A DNA stretch of 35,452 bases from a virus (IMGVR_UViG_3300033067_002307:1-35452), one strand, 5' to 3'; positions 1 to 9,790 are shown, counted from the stretch's first letter. Translations and numbers: made by a program. Notes: generated from the sequence alone by a model not told the origin.

Positions 1-566
1 AAATCAAACTTTCGGAGAGTCACCCAAGAATTTGCATTCGAGTTGAGCGCTAAATCAACGCCCATGACTTTATAAAAATCATTGGGAAGAGCAAAGCGAT
101 CATTCACACCGTCGGTCGTAATAGATGCCGTGGTTAAATAATAATCTTGATAGGTGTTTGTAATCAGATCATAGAGCTCGAAATAACTTTGGTTGATGTA
201 TCGAGTCCACTCGGCCTTTGTGACAAAATTTGAATTCTCTCGATCGGCTCTTTGCTGAGCGAGCAATCTAATTTGTTGAAGCGAGAGAAACCCAGATCTC
301 GAGGGAACAATATTCCCAGCGTTTGAATAAATACTCGTTCCGTCTGCGTTTGTCGCAGCGACTTGGTAATAGTAAAGCGTGTTCACCGTCACCGAGGTGT
401 CGAGATACGTCGGCACTGAAACCGTCGCTAAAAATGAATAAGTAATATTATCGGTGCTTCGATTGACCGTGTAACTGGTTGCGCCCGCCGAAGCATCCCA
501 GGTCACAAGAACCTGGCCGTTGGCTTGCTGCAAAAACGCATTTTGCGGAATGCCGGGAATCGCCAT
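1..566 (-). CDS. Head-tail adaptor / tail tubular protein A-like with N-terminal fibronectin type III domain (partial, runs off left edge; absent from ORF track)
   Basis: Manual translation from ATG 566 (SD AAGGAG): MAIPGIPQNAFLQQANGQVLVTWDASAGATSYTVNRSTD...YLDTSVTVNTLYYYQVAATNADGTS (FN3 pattern W..Y..Y.Y.V.A.N..G.S), then LQQIRLLAQQRADRENSNFV..EW..YIN...ELYDL...FALPNDFYKVMGVD (adaptor-like). Follows the capsid genes. Confidence 0.75.
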   Translation of the reverse strand, partial: MAIPGIPQNAFLQQANGQVLVTWDASAGATSYTVNRSTDNITYSFLATVSVPTYLDTSVTVNTLYYYQVAATNADGTSIYSNAGNIVPSRSGFLSLQQIRLLAQQRADRENSNFVTKAEWTRYINQSYFELYDLITNTYQDYYLTTASITTDGVNDRFALPNDFYKVMGVDLALNSNANSWVTLRKFD

Positions 567-574
567 GACAGCTC

Positions 575-601
575 CTTAAAGAAGGGGGCCGAAGCCCCCT
601 A
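575..601 (-). terminator. Rho-independent terminator after capsid/decoration genes
   Basis: Minus strand AGGGGGC-TTCG-GCCCCCT-TCTTT: GC stem with cUUCGg tetraloop and a pyrimidine tail. Confidence 0.75.
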
Positions 602-605
602 TCAA

Positions 606-989
606 TTAATAAACGACAGAACTGTTTTTAACGGTGATCGCCATGAAAATGACTTCGCCGTTTGCTGGGTCCGTAGCCGTACCAGCCGAGTTTGCAAACA
701 CAACCGTCAAAGATCCCGTGGTGATGTTGTTTGTTTTCACTCGGAAGTTCGGAGCTGCAGGAGCTGATGCACTCACAAGGAAAGTCACATCAAATTGAAG
801 TAATCGAGCCCAGGTGTCTCGAAGGGTGATCGTATAATCACCGGCAGAGTTTCGAACAATGCCTGAAATAAAAGAACCACCAAAGTTAAGCGTGGGAGCG
901 CCTGCTGCGCCAATTGTCACTTGAGCAAAAATTCCCGAGGTTGCCGCTTCGGTTGAGTATTGAATGTTTCGGAGATATCTATTCGCCAT
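606..989 (-). CDS. Putative capsid decoration / minor capsid protein
   Basis: 127 aa, beta-rich, Ala/Thr/Gly-rich, with a RNSAGDYTITL motif. Directly downstream of the major capsid gene. Confidence 0.55.
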   Translation of the reverse strand: MANRYLRNIQYSTEAATSGIFAQVTIGAAGAPTLNFGGSFISGIVRNSAGDYTITLRDTWARLLQFDVTFLVSASAPAAPNFRVKTNNITTGSLTVVFANSAGTATDPANGEVIFMAITVKNSSVVY

Positions 990-1108
990 TTGAAATATCC
1001 TTTTAGTTACCAGGTTCTAACGCCTGGAGGGCAGATTCTTAGCAGTCAGTGGCAGCCCCCCGCATGACTGGAATACGATTCATCCGCATTCAACCCCGAT
1101 CAAATGTC

Positions 1109-1146
1109 TAAAAATAAAGAGGGCCCCTATTGCTAGGAGCCCCCAC
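1109..1146 (-). terminator. Rho-independent terminator after major capsid gene
   Basis: Minus strand GGGGGCTCCTA-GCAA-TAGGGGCCCTC-TTTATTTTT. Confidence 0.75.
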
Positions 1147-1168
1147 CAGTCGGAGTGTTTACAAGAAA

Positions 1169-2461
1169 TTATGCAGACACAGAGACGACGCAGTTCCATC
1201 CGGGAGCGTTGCAAATCAGGTTGGCATAGTAACCAATTCGGATTTCCAAAGCATCGGCGGCACCAACACGAAGCGCCTCGAGGCCTTCCATGCCGTAGGT
1301 CAACACATGGGGAACTCGACCCAACGATCGCAGCTTCCATGTGTCCATGCTCAAAAGGTAAGCCTTTTGGCTGGGGCATGAGCGGTCCGGCACCACCGTG
1401 ATAGGTCCATAAGGTGCGTGGATTCGAATACCAGCGAACGCAATCGCCGCTTCTTCGTGTTTCACATCGACGTATTGAACCTTAGCGCCCAAGGATTTTT
1501 CCAAGGCTGCGTAGGTCGCAAATGTACAGAAACACATATCAGGAGCGCCACCTTCACGAGCGACAAGAGCCGCAGCGTCAACGAGAGCTTCTTCAATGGT
1601 TTGAGTTGAACCGTCATAGCGAACACCGGCCAAACGAACAGGGTCAGCCGATCGGTCAACGCCCCAGAACGAATCACCGCCAGCAGGAGCGGTTGCAGGC
1701 AACCACGCTTGAAGACCAGCGACCTTTTGAGCATTTCCGTTTGAGATCGCCAATGATCCAGATGCAAACACAACGTCACCTTGAACAGCGAGGTTCAAGA
1801 AGGTTGTAGACCAGTTGGTAGGAGTACCGGCAGCGCCACCAGCGGTAGCGGAGACAGTAACCGTTCCAGCAGTTCGGTTAACAGCGATCACGTATCCAAG
1901 GTTACCACCCGTTGAAATGGTAGGAGTGGTTCCAGAGACACTGTAAGAAACCAAGGTTTGACCAACTTCAAAGTTCACGACGTCCGAAGCGTTAACCAGG
2001 GTAATAACGCCAGTCGAAATCGCAGAGATTTGACCACGTCGTCCTGATCCATCACCGAACAAGTCGAGAGCTAGATCGTTAGAAATATTTCGGAAGCCCG
2101 TATCCATGTTGAGTTTGGCAGCATCAACGAACGCGCCAGCATCGTCTTTAGTAGCTTCGAGCAATTCATTGGTAATGGTCACCAATTGATAGTTCGAAAC
2201 ACGATAGACGAAGAAGCTCGCCATGATGGTTTGGGTTTGGTTGGTTTGAGCTGTTGAGAAGCTCGCAGAACGTCCTTGAGGAGTTCCATAAACCAAGGGA
2301 ACCGGAATGTATTTACCGGCAAATCCAGTGGGTGATTCGTCTTTGGCAATGAGAGCCAAAAACGGGTTTTTCTTGTACACGAGGTCCTTCATGTAATCGT
2401 CGCCAGTGTAGAGCTCCTTGAGAGAAGCAACCTGGTTCGACGCTGTGTTATATGTTGGCAT
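1169..2461 (-). CDS. Major capsid protein (HK97 fold, probably with an inserted beta domain)
   Basis: 430 aa, follows the scaffold gene, strong SD (AAAGGA), N-terminal LKELY...NPFLALI..., C-terminal EIRIGYYANLICNAPG. Confidence 0.85.
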   Translation of the reverse strand: MPTYNTASNQVASLKELYTGDDYMKDLVYKKNPFLALIAKDESPTGFAGKYIPVPLVYGTPQGRSASFSTAQTNQTQTIMASFFVYRVSNYQLVTITNELLEATKDDAGAFVDAAKLNMDTGFRNISNDLALDLFGDGSGRRGQISAISTGVITLVNASDVVNFEVGQTLVSYSVSGTTPTISTGGNLGYVIAVNRTAGTVTVSATAGGAAGTPTNWSTTFLNLAVQGDVVFASGSLAISNGNAQKVAGLQAWLPATAPAGGDSFWGVDRSADPVRLAGVRYDGSTQTIEEALVDAAALVAREGGAPDMCFCTFATYAALEKSLGAKVQYVDVKHEEAAIAFAGIRIHAPYGPITVVPDRSCPSQKAYLLSMDTWKLRSLGRVPHVLTYGMEGLEALRVGAADALEIRIGYYANLICNAPGWNCVVSVSA

Positions 2462-2485
2462 TGTTTAAATTCCTTTTGTTAATTG

Positions 2486-3355
2486 TTATTTGAGTTCGCC
2501 TTTGAAAGCGGCAATCGCTCTTTCGCGTCGCTGCTTATCAGTCAGTGGCTGCGTTGAAGCTCCAATCGAATGAGTCAGAGTCTTCATTGTTTGCCCCTGA
2601 GGCTTTTGTTCCGGTTCCACCGGAGGTGGTGGCATAAATTTCGTTTTGATTTTGGGCAGCGATGCAATCTTCTCGGCCTGCGCCACTAAATAATCTTCAA
2701 CGTCTTTACATGCCTGTTCGATCGACATCAGCTCACCCGTTGAATTGAAAGTTTCTTGAATCAGTTCTACGACGGCTTCTTCTGCGCCCATCTCTCGGAT
2801 GGTTTCAAAATTAGCATCGGACTGAACAAGTCCTTTTACTTCTCCGGTGATCTGTTTAACCGCCTGTTCGTAAGAACGTTTTTGCTGCTCCTCGATTGTC
2901 GTCAGTGCTTTTGACTGCCCTTCTTCAAGCTTCTGAAGTTTAGCCTTAAGTTCATTGATGACTTCGTCTTGCGGTGACGGTCCGTTCAGGATGGCGTTTG
3001 TCAGATGGTCATACGAGATCCCCATCTCACGAATAAATTCTACTGGGTTTCTTTGCGCCTTTTCGAGCAGTTCGCTTTTCGAAAGATACGACGATTTCAT
3101 CGCTTCTTGCTCTCGCTTTATGGCATCACGTTCAGCCCTAATGCGTTGAGCTTCGGCTTGAATCGCCCTCTCCTTCCTCGCGATCTGTGCGAATCTTTGG
3201 GAAAGTTTGGCGTCATCCTGAGTAGCAGATTTCTCTGCTGTGACCTCGGCCCCTGCTGCTTCTGGTGCCTTGGCTGTCTCACTTACGTTTAGTTGTCTAT
3301 TTTGCGGTGCGACCGCACTCGTGGGTGTCCCTTGCGGAACAATGGATACTGACAT
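2486..3355 (-). CDS. Capsid scaffolding protein
   Basis: 289 aa, charged coiled-coil, between portal and capsid genes, C-terminal amphipathic helix (RRERAIAAFKGELK). Confidence 0.75.
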   Translation of the reverse strand: MSVSIVPQGTPTSAVAPQNRQLNVSETAKAPEAAGAEVTAEKSATQDDAKLSQRFAQIARKERAIQAEAQRIRAERDAIKREQEAMKSSYLSKSELLEKAQRNPVEFIREMGISYDHLTNAILNGPSPQDEVINELKAKLQKLEEGQSKALTTIEEQQKRSYEQAVKQITGEVKGLVQSDANFETIREMGAEEAVVELIQETFNSTGELMSIEQACKDVEDYLVAQAEKIASLPKIKTKFMPPPPVEPEQKPQGQTMKTLTHSIGASTQPLTDKQRRERAIAAFKGELK

Positions 3356-3399
3356 GGTCTGCTCCTTGTCTTTGATTTGTCTTCAGCTTCTTAAAATCT

Positions 3400-5298
3400 T
3401 TATTGGGGAACATTCGGCAGTAATGGCGATGTAGGCGGAGCTTGCGGAACAGCCGTGGGAGTCGGTTGAGGTCCCGGCGCCGGTGGCTGAGCTGCCTGTT
3501 GAAGTGCCATTAATTGCGTAAAGAATGTTCTAAGTTTTTCGGCCTTGGATTCTTCCAGATTGGCCGCAACGTAAAGATTGTAATACTGACGAACAATGTC
3601 AGTCGCTAAATTCAAATCCATGAAGGGATCAGGAGGAGTGTATTTACCGCTCTCAACGATCTCATCCATGATCTTAAGGATTCTCTCCTCAGAAGAGTTT
3701 GCCAGACGATCAATCTGCTCAATGTCCGGATAACCAAGAAGACGTCTTGCTTCAGGAATGGTGATCATCCCCGATTGAGCCATCTCAGCAACCTTCTCAA
3801 GTCGTCCGGCTGGATCTTTAGGTAAACTCGATTGATCAAAGACTTGAATGACGAATGGGTCTTTTAAAAGATCGGCTTTTGGAAGATCGATCTCTTTTGT
3901 TCCGTCTTTGTTTGGGAATACGGTTTGATATTTACCTTCTCGATCAGCGATCTCTTTGGCTTTATCGACAATTTGATAAGCGAGATCGATGTAGAAGTTC
4001 ACATAACGACGAGCAAGAACAGTGAATCTATCCGATTGAAGATCATCATAGCTTCTAATGGCTTCTCCAGAGTTTAACCCTGCTGGCTTTTGAGCCTGAG
4101 CGGCAAGAGCTGAAACACCTGATTGTTGATAGGCGTATTGAACGAGTCTTTGAAGCTGAGCGTAAACCTCGGCGGGCATACACGGAGCGACTTCGTAAAC
4201 GGGCTTAGTGCCTCTATATTTTACAATCGCACCGATTTGATTGTTCAAATGGGCAGAGACAATCTTTGAGCCGTCTTCCACAAATACACGTGGAACACCG
4301 ACCAAGTTGATCGCGCTTGAGATCGTCATCAAAAGTTTATTGATTTCAATCTGAGTTCCCATGAGTTGTTCTGAAAGGCCTTGGCCCCAGAATCCAAGCA
4401 TCCGTGGTGAGTAATGAAGGAAGACAAACGGGAATGAATCCTTTTCGTAGTCCTCATCTAAGAGGAGTCCACCTGAGCAGGCTATTGTATGGCGGCCATC
4501 ATCTGCATCTGGGCCTGATCGCAAGTGCCAAGCTTCGACGACCATGACCTGATCGGAGACGGTTTTTGATGAATCCGAAGAGGTCTCCGGATAGGCTTGC
4601 TCACTGGCGGCGATTTGAGATTTGTACTGCGGAAAGTGGTTTTGCAAGACGGAGCGATCAACGAGCTTGAACTGATAGAGCTGTCTTGGATCACCATACA
4701 AAGACTCATTGGGATCAACGAGCAACTCAGTATAAAGCACGCGCTCAACAGCCACTCTTTTGTTTCGGTCTTCATAAATTTTTACGCATCCTGTTCCAAG
4801 AACCCCAGCATCTCTTAAACACTGTTCACCTAATTGATAGGCTTTTACCTGATGAAACTCACCGCCAATAAAGTTATTGAGCTGTTTTGCAAGGTTTCTA
4901 GTCTTATAGTCCGCTCCATTCGTAAGGAATGTGGGAGACGGTCTTTGCTGAGTGATTCTTGAGACGAGCGTATCAACACAACTTTGAACAACGTTCATCG
5001 TCGGGCGATCAAGCGGTAAAGCCTGACCAGAAGCCATCTTCGCTAAGCCGGTTCCCACCGTTCCGAAGAGTGGAAGGTTGCCGTACATCTTGGCGAAGAC
5101 GGAGCTTTGTCGGTAACGATACTGCTGTTGATCTTTTAAGAAGGTCGCGGTGGCTAAGACCTGTTGAGCAAGATCGCTTTTATCTCTCGCAGAAGCTTCC
5201 CACCACTTATAGGCAGCTCCAACCATTTCAGGATTGGGCTTTGTTCGAACTGTAATTGTTTCGCGTTCACCTTGTTTGCGTGGTGTGATCTTCGCCAT
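3400..5298 (-). CDS. Portal protein (P22-like)
   Basis: 632 aa, NVVQSCVDTLVSRI, G.GCVKIY and FWGQGLSEQL motifs, Pro/Gln-rich tail. Between terminase and scaffold genes. Confidence 0.85.
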   Translation of the reverse strand: MAKITPRKQGERETITVRTKPNPEMVGAAYKWWEASARDKSDLAQQVLATATFLKDQQQYRYRQSSVFAKMYGNLPLFGTVGTGLAKMASGQALPLDRPTMNVVQSCVDTLVSRITQQRPSPTFLTNGADYKTRNLAKQLNNFIGGEFHQVKAYQLGEQCLRDAGVLGTGCVKIYEDRNKRVAVERVLYTELLVDPNESLYGDPRQLYQFKLVDRSVLQNHFPQYKSQIAASEQAYPETSSDSSKTVSDQVMVVEAWHLRSGPDADDGRHTIACSGGLLLDEDYEKDSFPFVFLHYSPRMLGFWGQGLSEQLMGTQIEINKLLMTISSAINLVGVPRVFVEDGSKIVSAHLNNQIGAIVKYRGTKPVYEVAPCMPAEVYAQLQRLVQYAYQQSGVSALAAQAQKPAGLNSGEAIRSYDDLQSDRFTVLARRYVNFYIDLAYQIVDKAKEIADREGKYQTVFPNKDGTKEIDLPKADLLKDPFVIQVFDQSSLPKDPAGRLEKVAEMAQSGMITIPEARRLLGYPDIEQIDRLANSSEERILKIMDEIVESGKYTPPDPFMDLNLATDIVRQYYNLYVAANLEESKAEKLRTFFTQLMALQQAAQPPAPGPQPTPTAVPQAPPTSPLLPNVPQ

Positions 5299-5510
5299 TA
5301 GACGTTCCCCTCAGCGGAAGACCAAAACAAAGCATCTTCGGGTGTGTAAGAAGGCGCCGTGATCTCAGTGCCAGTTGATGGCTCACCCTTTGTCATGAAA
5401 GTGGAATCGTCGAAACTGAGCTCAAAAGCTCCAGATCGAAACGATTTCACTTTGTTTTTGCGTAAAATAGTTAGAATTTTGTGCAGATCTTTAGTGTTTT
5501 TGACTTCCAC
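5298..5510 (-). CDS. Small hypothetical protein coupled to portal
   Basis: 70 aa; stop overlaps the portal ATG. Confidence 0.6.
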   Translation of the reverse strand: MEVKNTKDLHKILTILRKNKVKSFRSGAFELSFDDSTFMTKGEPSTGTEITAPSYTPEDALFWSSAEGNV

Positions 5511-5526
5511 ACCTACGATGAGGTGT

Positions 5527-6003
5527 CTATCGACCCAGTATATGCCCGCGATAAAGTCTGTTCATCACTTTCGTGAGAATTCCTTTTCGTGGGTCTTGAG
5601 AATCCGTGCCATCAACTTCTCGATAATCATCGGAAGGCATACGAGCATTTTCTTCCCAGATTTCAGAGTCTTCATCTTCAGGGCTTAAGAAATCGATATC
5701 AGAGGTGTCGTTATCTCCGAGATCAGAGATCCCACCATGAGCCATTTTCTTAGCCATGATACCTTTAACAATAGATTTGGGCTCTCCCATCATTCCACCG
5801 CAGGAAAATTTAGGAGTCTCGCTTGATTCATTGCCGTCGTAAACGGTGTCCTCATCATCAAGAGGCATGAACTTAGGAGCTTTCGCCATGATGACAGTCT
5901 TGTCATAACCACGGCCCATGTTTTCAGGATTCACCATGCCACCGGAGGCCATTTTTTTAGCCATTCGTTTTAAGCCGTAAGCAATTGATAGATTAGGTTT
6001 CAT
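5527..6003 (-). CDS. Hypothetical protein with repeated MAxGG motifs, possible internal head protein
   Basis: 158 aa, acidic and low-complexity; KKMASGGMV, KFSCGGMM, KKMAHGGI. Confidence 0.6.
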   Translation of the reverse strand: MKPNLSIAYGLKRMAKKMASGGMVNPENMGRGYDKTVIMAKAPKFMPLDDEDTVYDGNESSETPKFSCGGMMGEPKSIVKGIMAKKMAHGGISDLGDNDTSDIDFLSPEDEDSEIWEENARMPSDDYREVDGTDSQDPRKGILTKVMNRLYRGHILGR

Positions 6004-6260
6004 GATTCCATCCCTTCTTCTTCGGTGTGTTCGCCTTCTTCATGAGGCTGGCTATCGCAGATTTCAAACGCCGATTGAAGCGCTTGAGCAACAGCGGTTG
6101 CGTCTTTTGTAGCAATGGCCCTGAGGAGATCTTCAGCGGCTGATACGAGCCCAGCGTTTTCTTCGCCCTCTTCGCCTTCGGTTTCAATCTTACCATCGGG
6201 TTTACGAGACGCGATGATAACGGACGCCATTTTTTTCGGATTCATGAAAGGTAATCCCAT
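6000..6260 (-). CDS. Small acidic hypothetical protein
   Basis: 86 aa, ATGA overlap with the next gene, between terL and portal. Confidence 0.65.
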   Translation of the reverse strand: MGLPFMNPKKMASVIIASRKPDGKIETEGEEGEENAGLVSAAEDLLRAIATKDATAVAQALQSAFEICDSQPHEEGEHTEEEGMES

Positions 6261-6278
6261 ACACTTTCGTTCAGGTGT

Positions 6279-7706
6279 CTAAAATGTGGAGCCACGGAAT
6301 ATGGGCTCATAAGCTTCAGACTCTTCAAGGGCTTTGAAGTGCTCTTCTGCGGCCTTTTCCATTTCAGAGACTTCTCGCTCGGCCCATTCGGGAGAGCCGT
6401 ACTTAGGAAGCTCAATAGGCTGTTGATAAGCATAGGCTGGTGATTCTCTGAAGGCGTAGAGCACGGCGTCGACGATATCGCTATGGAAGGAATCTTTGAC
6501 CCTAATCTTATCAGGCGTTGATTTTGATCGATCGACTTCGAGAAGATAGGAGTCATGGGCGAATCGAGAGTCTTTGTGAGCTTTGAATACCCCACGACGA
6601 AGGGCATCGTTCAAAAGCGAATAGTTTTCCATTTTCCTGGTTTTCTCGGCAGCTTCGACTGGAATGCCGAATCGTTTCCTAAACTCCTCGGCGATCTTTT
6701 TACCGAGTCCCCCCTCGTCTATGACCATTTTGTGGGCTGGGTACTTTTGGGAAAGGTTGGCGATGATCTCTGCGAGCTTGGAGATATCGAGCTTAGACTT
6801 TACGACTTCCTCAACAAGGTACGTGTGCTTGGAATCGTCCGAGTAGGCGAGTACCGCGACGGCGTCAGCGTCAACGAAGCCAATATCAATTCCAAAGATG
6901 TAGTGAAAGCCCGACTTCGTTTGCGGAAGAATATCAAAGTGATTCCTATCCGCAGAGTAGTTGAGGAGGAGTGATTCTGTATCGATGATCCATTTACCGA
7001 ACCATTCCCTTTGGATGGTGGGGTCATCGATGGTTACACCTCTTCGTTTGAGCTCGCGGTCTAAAAGGGCGGCATGGCTCATCCCTGATGTTTTTTGAAT
7101 GAACGGGTTATCAAAGAAGTTCCAGGAGTGGGCCGACCATGTATCGATATGCGCCGATTTATGGAAGTAGCCGGACGGTACCGGGCCAGGGGTGCCAATG
7201 AGGTTTAGAGTTCCCGCATAGTCCATAAGGGCCGGCGTGATGACGTCGTCGACGAGTTCTTCGATGTATGGGGGGAAGGACTGGCACTCATCAACATAGA
7301 CAAGTTTTAAGGCCAATCCTCTGAACTTATTTATTTCAGATTTGTCGTTAGCGCCAGAGAGATAGATGACAGACCCATTGTCGAATTTGATGGAGAGCTC
7401 GCCTTGATCGACTTTGGCTTGGATTGAATATTCCCGAAGGATCGTCAGAAGAGTTGGCCATATAATTTTCTTAGCGTTGTTTCGACTCAGGGTGATGTAA
7501 AGGCAGACGGATTTAGAATAGTTCGTAGCTTCATGAATCATATGAGCTGCGCAGGCTGTGGTTTTCCCTGATCGTCGAGAGCATACGGCGACCTTAAAGG
7601 GAGCTGGGTCGCTGATGAATAATCCCTGTTTTGGGAATAGGAATTTTTTAAGGCTGAACCTTGTTTTTTTAAGCCAGGTTTCTATGAGGAGGCGCGTGTC
7701 ATTCAT
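6279..7706 (-). CDS. terL: Terminase large subunit
   Basis: Walker A (CSRRSGKT), Walker B (VYVDE), coupling motif GTP, nuclease motifs GIDIG and HSDIVDAVLYAFR. Confidence 0.95.
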   Translation of the reverse strand: MNDTRLLIETWLKKTRFSLKKFLFPKQGLFISDPAPFKVAVCSRRSGKTTACAAHMIHEATNYSKSVCLYITLSRNNAKKIIWPTLLTILREYSIQAKVDQGELSIKFDNGSVIYLSGANDKSEINKFRGLALKLVYVDECQSFPPYIEELVDDVITPALMDYAGTLNLIGTPGPVPSGYFHKSAHIDTWSAHSWNFFDNPFIQKTSGMSHAALLDRELKRRGVTIDDPTIQREWFGKWIIDTESLLLNYSADRNHFDILPQTKSGFHYIFGIDIGFVDADAVAVLAYSDDSKHTYLVEEVVKSKLDISKLAEIIANLSQKYPAHKMVIDEGGLGKKIAEEFRKRFGIPVEAAEKTRKMENYSLLNDALRRGVFKAHKDSRFAHDSYLLEVDRSKSTPDKIRVKDSFHSDIVDAVLYAFRESPAYAYQQPIELPKYGSPEWAEREVSEMEKAAEEHFKALEESEAYEPIFRGSTF

Positions 7707-8079
7707 CTAACCGCTCTTTGACGAGAGAGGTGAGTTCTTCCATGGAAAGGTTTTCGTAAGGATTAGAGATCTCAACTCGTTCTTTTACTTTTCCAATGAG
7801 TCGATCAAGGAGAGCATTCATTCTGAGCTGATCCCCTTTGTTAATGGCTTGAAGCATGATGGAAAGGACCATGGCTTCGAGGCCCGTCATGTTTGGATTG
7901 GAGCGGGCTTCTTTGAGTTGAGAGACTGGAAGGTTGATGTATTTATTAAAGATCGTTTCAAGCTCTGTTTGAGTCATGCGCTTAAAACCCTTCACATCAT
8001 CGGGCAAGCGAGGTCGACCTGGTCCACCCTTATAACCGGGTTTAAAGTCTCTACCTCCCGTTTTAGTTCCTTTGGCCAT
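7699..8079 (-). CDS. terS: Terminase small subunit
   Basis: Overlaps the terL start; N-terminal KGTKTGGRDFKPG..GGPGRP and C-terminal A..GD...LLDRLIGK, typical of TerS. Confidence 0.75.
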   Translation of the reverse strand: MAKGTKTGGRDFKPGYKGGPGRPRLPDDVKGFKRMTQTELETIFNKYINLPVSQLKEARSNPNMTGLEAMVLSIMLQAINKGDQLRMNALLDRLIGKVKERVEISNPYENLSMEELTSLVKERLDE

Positions 8080-8290
8080 GGCTTTTACCTCGCATTTTTA
8101 TGGGGGTTATATCGATTTTGAATCAATGATATAATGATATCATGATTGTTTATGATTACAGCAAAGAACGGATGGGCAAATTGAGATCGGAAACAGCTTT
8201 TGAGCTTGTGTTTGAATTTGAAACTCATCCAAAGAAAGTTGTGATTCCCCGGGCTATTTTTTTGAGTCCTCTTTGCCATATTAAAGAGAT

Positions 8291-9172
8291 TCATGAGTCT
8301 AAGGCCTCTTTAAATTCCATTGAATAATTATTGATCCCTTCTTTGATTGTAAGATCATTTCGAAGAATAGGCCTGTTTTTTTCAAAGGGTGAATAATCCA
8401 CATGGTGATGCCAGCGACCGTATTTCATCACTAATTTTGAGACGTCTGGGTGCATTTCACAGAGCATTTTACTTTTAGGATAAGTCCCCTCTTTGGCATA
8501 AAAGGCGTCTGTATTACCCCCTTTGAGGACTTGAGTGCGTACTTTTTTTTGAAGGAACGCATTGAATTGAATTGTACAATAGCCCGCTTTTAATATTCTT
8601 AAGGAGATATCCGTATCTTCGTTATATCGGCCTCTCCATTGGTAGGGGCATGAGTTCTTGATCAAATTACAGCTATAAATACGCGTATTGAGCAAATAAG
8701 GTTTCCGCTTGTATCTACGTGGAACAAAGAATGAGTAGTTAGGCCCCGCCATCAAAACATTGGTATAGCGAAGACAGAAGTCCTCCATGGCTTTAAACAG
8801 GGCTGGGCTTTTACATTTTACCCGAAGGTTTTTATTAAGGCGCTCAAATCCGTTGATGTTATCATCCATGACCCAATGCCATTCATGACCATTTTTTATG
8901 GAATGATCCCATGCAAAGTTTCGTGCAGCTCCTGGGCCCTTGCTTTTCTGATATCCGAGAAGATCGAACGTGTCGTAGTTGTCCTGATATTTTTTATCTA
9001 AAATCAAGAGTCGTTCCTTGGGTATAACGGAGGCATATTGATCAAATTCCTGCTCTTCAATCACCACAAATGGGGCAATTCCCATTTCATCCAAAGATTT
9101 ATATGTGAGTCTAGAGTCCCATCGACCCTTGGAAACAATATAAATAGGGAATTGCGGGAGAAGTTCACTCAT
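8291..9172 (-). CDS. GT-A fold glycosyltransferase, TET-associated (TAGT)/GREB1-like phage family
   Basis: Motifs IYIVSKGR, ARN..WDHS, WVMDDNI, WRGRYNEDTDISL, GGNT..FY, GRWHHHVDY. Confidence 0.75.
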   Translation of the reverse strand: MSELLPQFPIYIVSKGRWDSRLTYKSLDEMGIAPFVVIEEQEFDQYASVIPKERLLILDKKYQDNYDTFDLLGYQKSKGPGAARNFAWDHSIKNGHEWHWVMDDNINGFERLNKNLRVKCKSPALFKAMEDFCLRYTNVLMAGPNYSFFVPRRYKRKPYLLNTRIYSCNLIKNSCPYQWRGRYNEDTDISLRILKAGYCTIQFNAFLQKKVRTQVLKGGNTDAFYAKEGTYPKSKMLCEMHPDVSKLVMKYGRWHHHVDYSPFEKNRPILRNDLTIKEGINNYSMEFKEALDS

Positions 9173-9788
9173 AGCTTTTTGCTTTTAAATTCTCGCGTTT
9201 GACTTCAGGAAACCAAATAGAACGTGTTTTGGTGGTTATTTTTTGCTTGATGATTCTACTGAATTGTTCAAGAGCCTCTTGGTCGACAAAATGGATGGTC
9301 ATCTTATGAAATCCGAATGCATCGGGCTGATCATATTCGGGCATGTCAGACCAGTCGTCATGCTTGCTTGAGACTTCTTTATCTGAGTAATTAAGAAAAA
9401 AGTTTTTTAAGCCAAGCATTTTGATATCTAAATCTGGCCCCAAATCTGGGATATCGGTATTGATCTCTGCAAAATTTAGCTCAGCCCAAGAGGCGATAGC
9501 ATTATCAGCTTGAACGTCAGCGTATTCTTGATCTGATGATTCATAGTCTTGATAGACGACAGGAACTTGTTTCCATTTTTTTTTGAATGCCGCTGCAATA
9601 CGACCGTGACCTGAAGTGACGCATCCTGAAAGTGTCGAGACCTTGATGGCGTATCGCCAGCCTTGATACTCAATGATTTCAGCGAGGCGCTCTATCTGAT
9701 CTTCCGGGTGCTTATTTCGATTCTTAGGATGATATTTCAGCTCCGAAGGATCGATCAGGGCGTCGTATTTGCAGTGTATTTTAGGCAT
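9165..9788 (-). CDS. ParB/Srx-like N-terminal domain protein (DNA-modification associated)
   Basis: HPKNRNKH..QI..L...I...GW, SGHGR..AA, ADN...SW are ParB-N signatures. Overlaps the glycosyltransferase gene. Confidence 0.8.
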   Translation of the reverse strand: MPKIHCKYDALIDPSELKYHPKNRNKHPEDQIERLAEIIEYQGWRYAIKVSTLSGCVTSGHGRIAAAFKKKWKQVPVVYQDYESSDQEYADVQADNAIASWAELNFAEINTDIPDLGPDLDIKMLGLKNFFLNYSDKEVSSKHDDWSDMPEYDQPDAFGFHKMTIHFVDQEALEQFSRIIKQKITTKTRSIWFPEVKRENLKAKSYE

Positions 9789-9790
9789 GT

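Noticed and set aside
8085-8327. Opposing small ORFs 8085-8294 (-) and 8142-8327 (+)
   Set aside because: Neither has a convincing SD or motif; cannot decide which, if either, is real.
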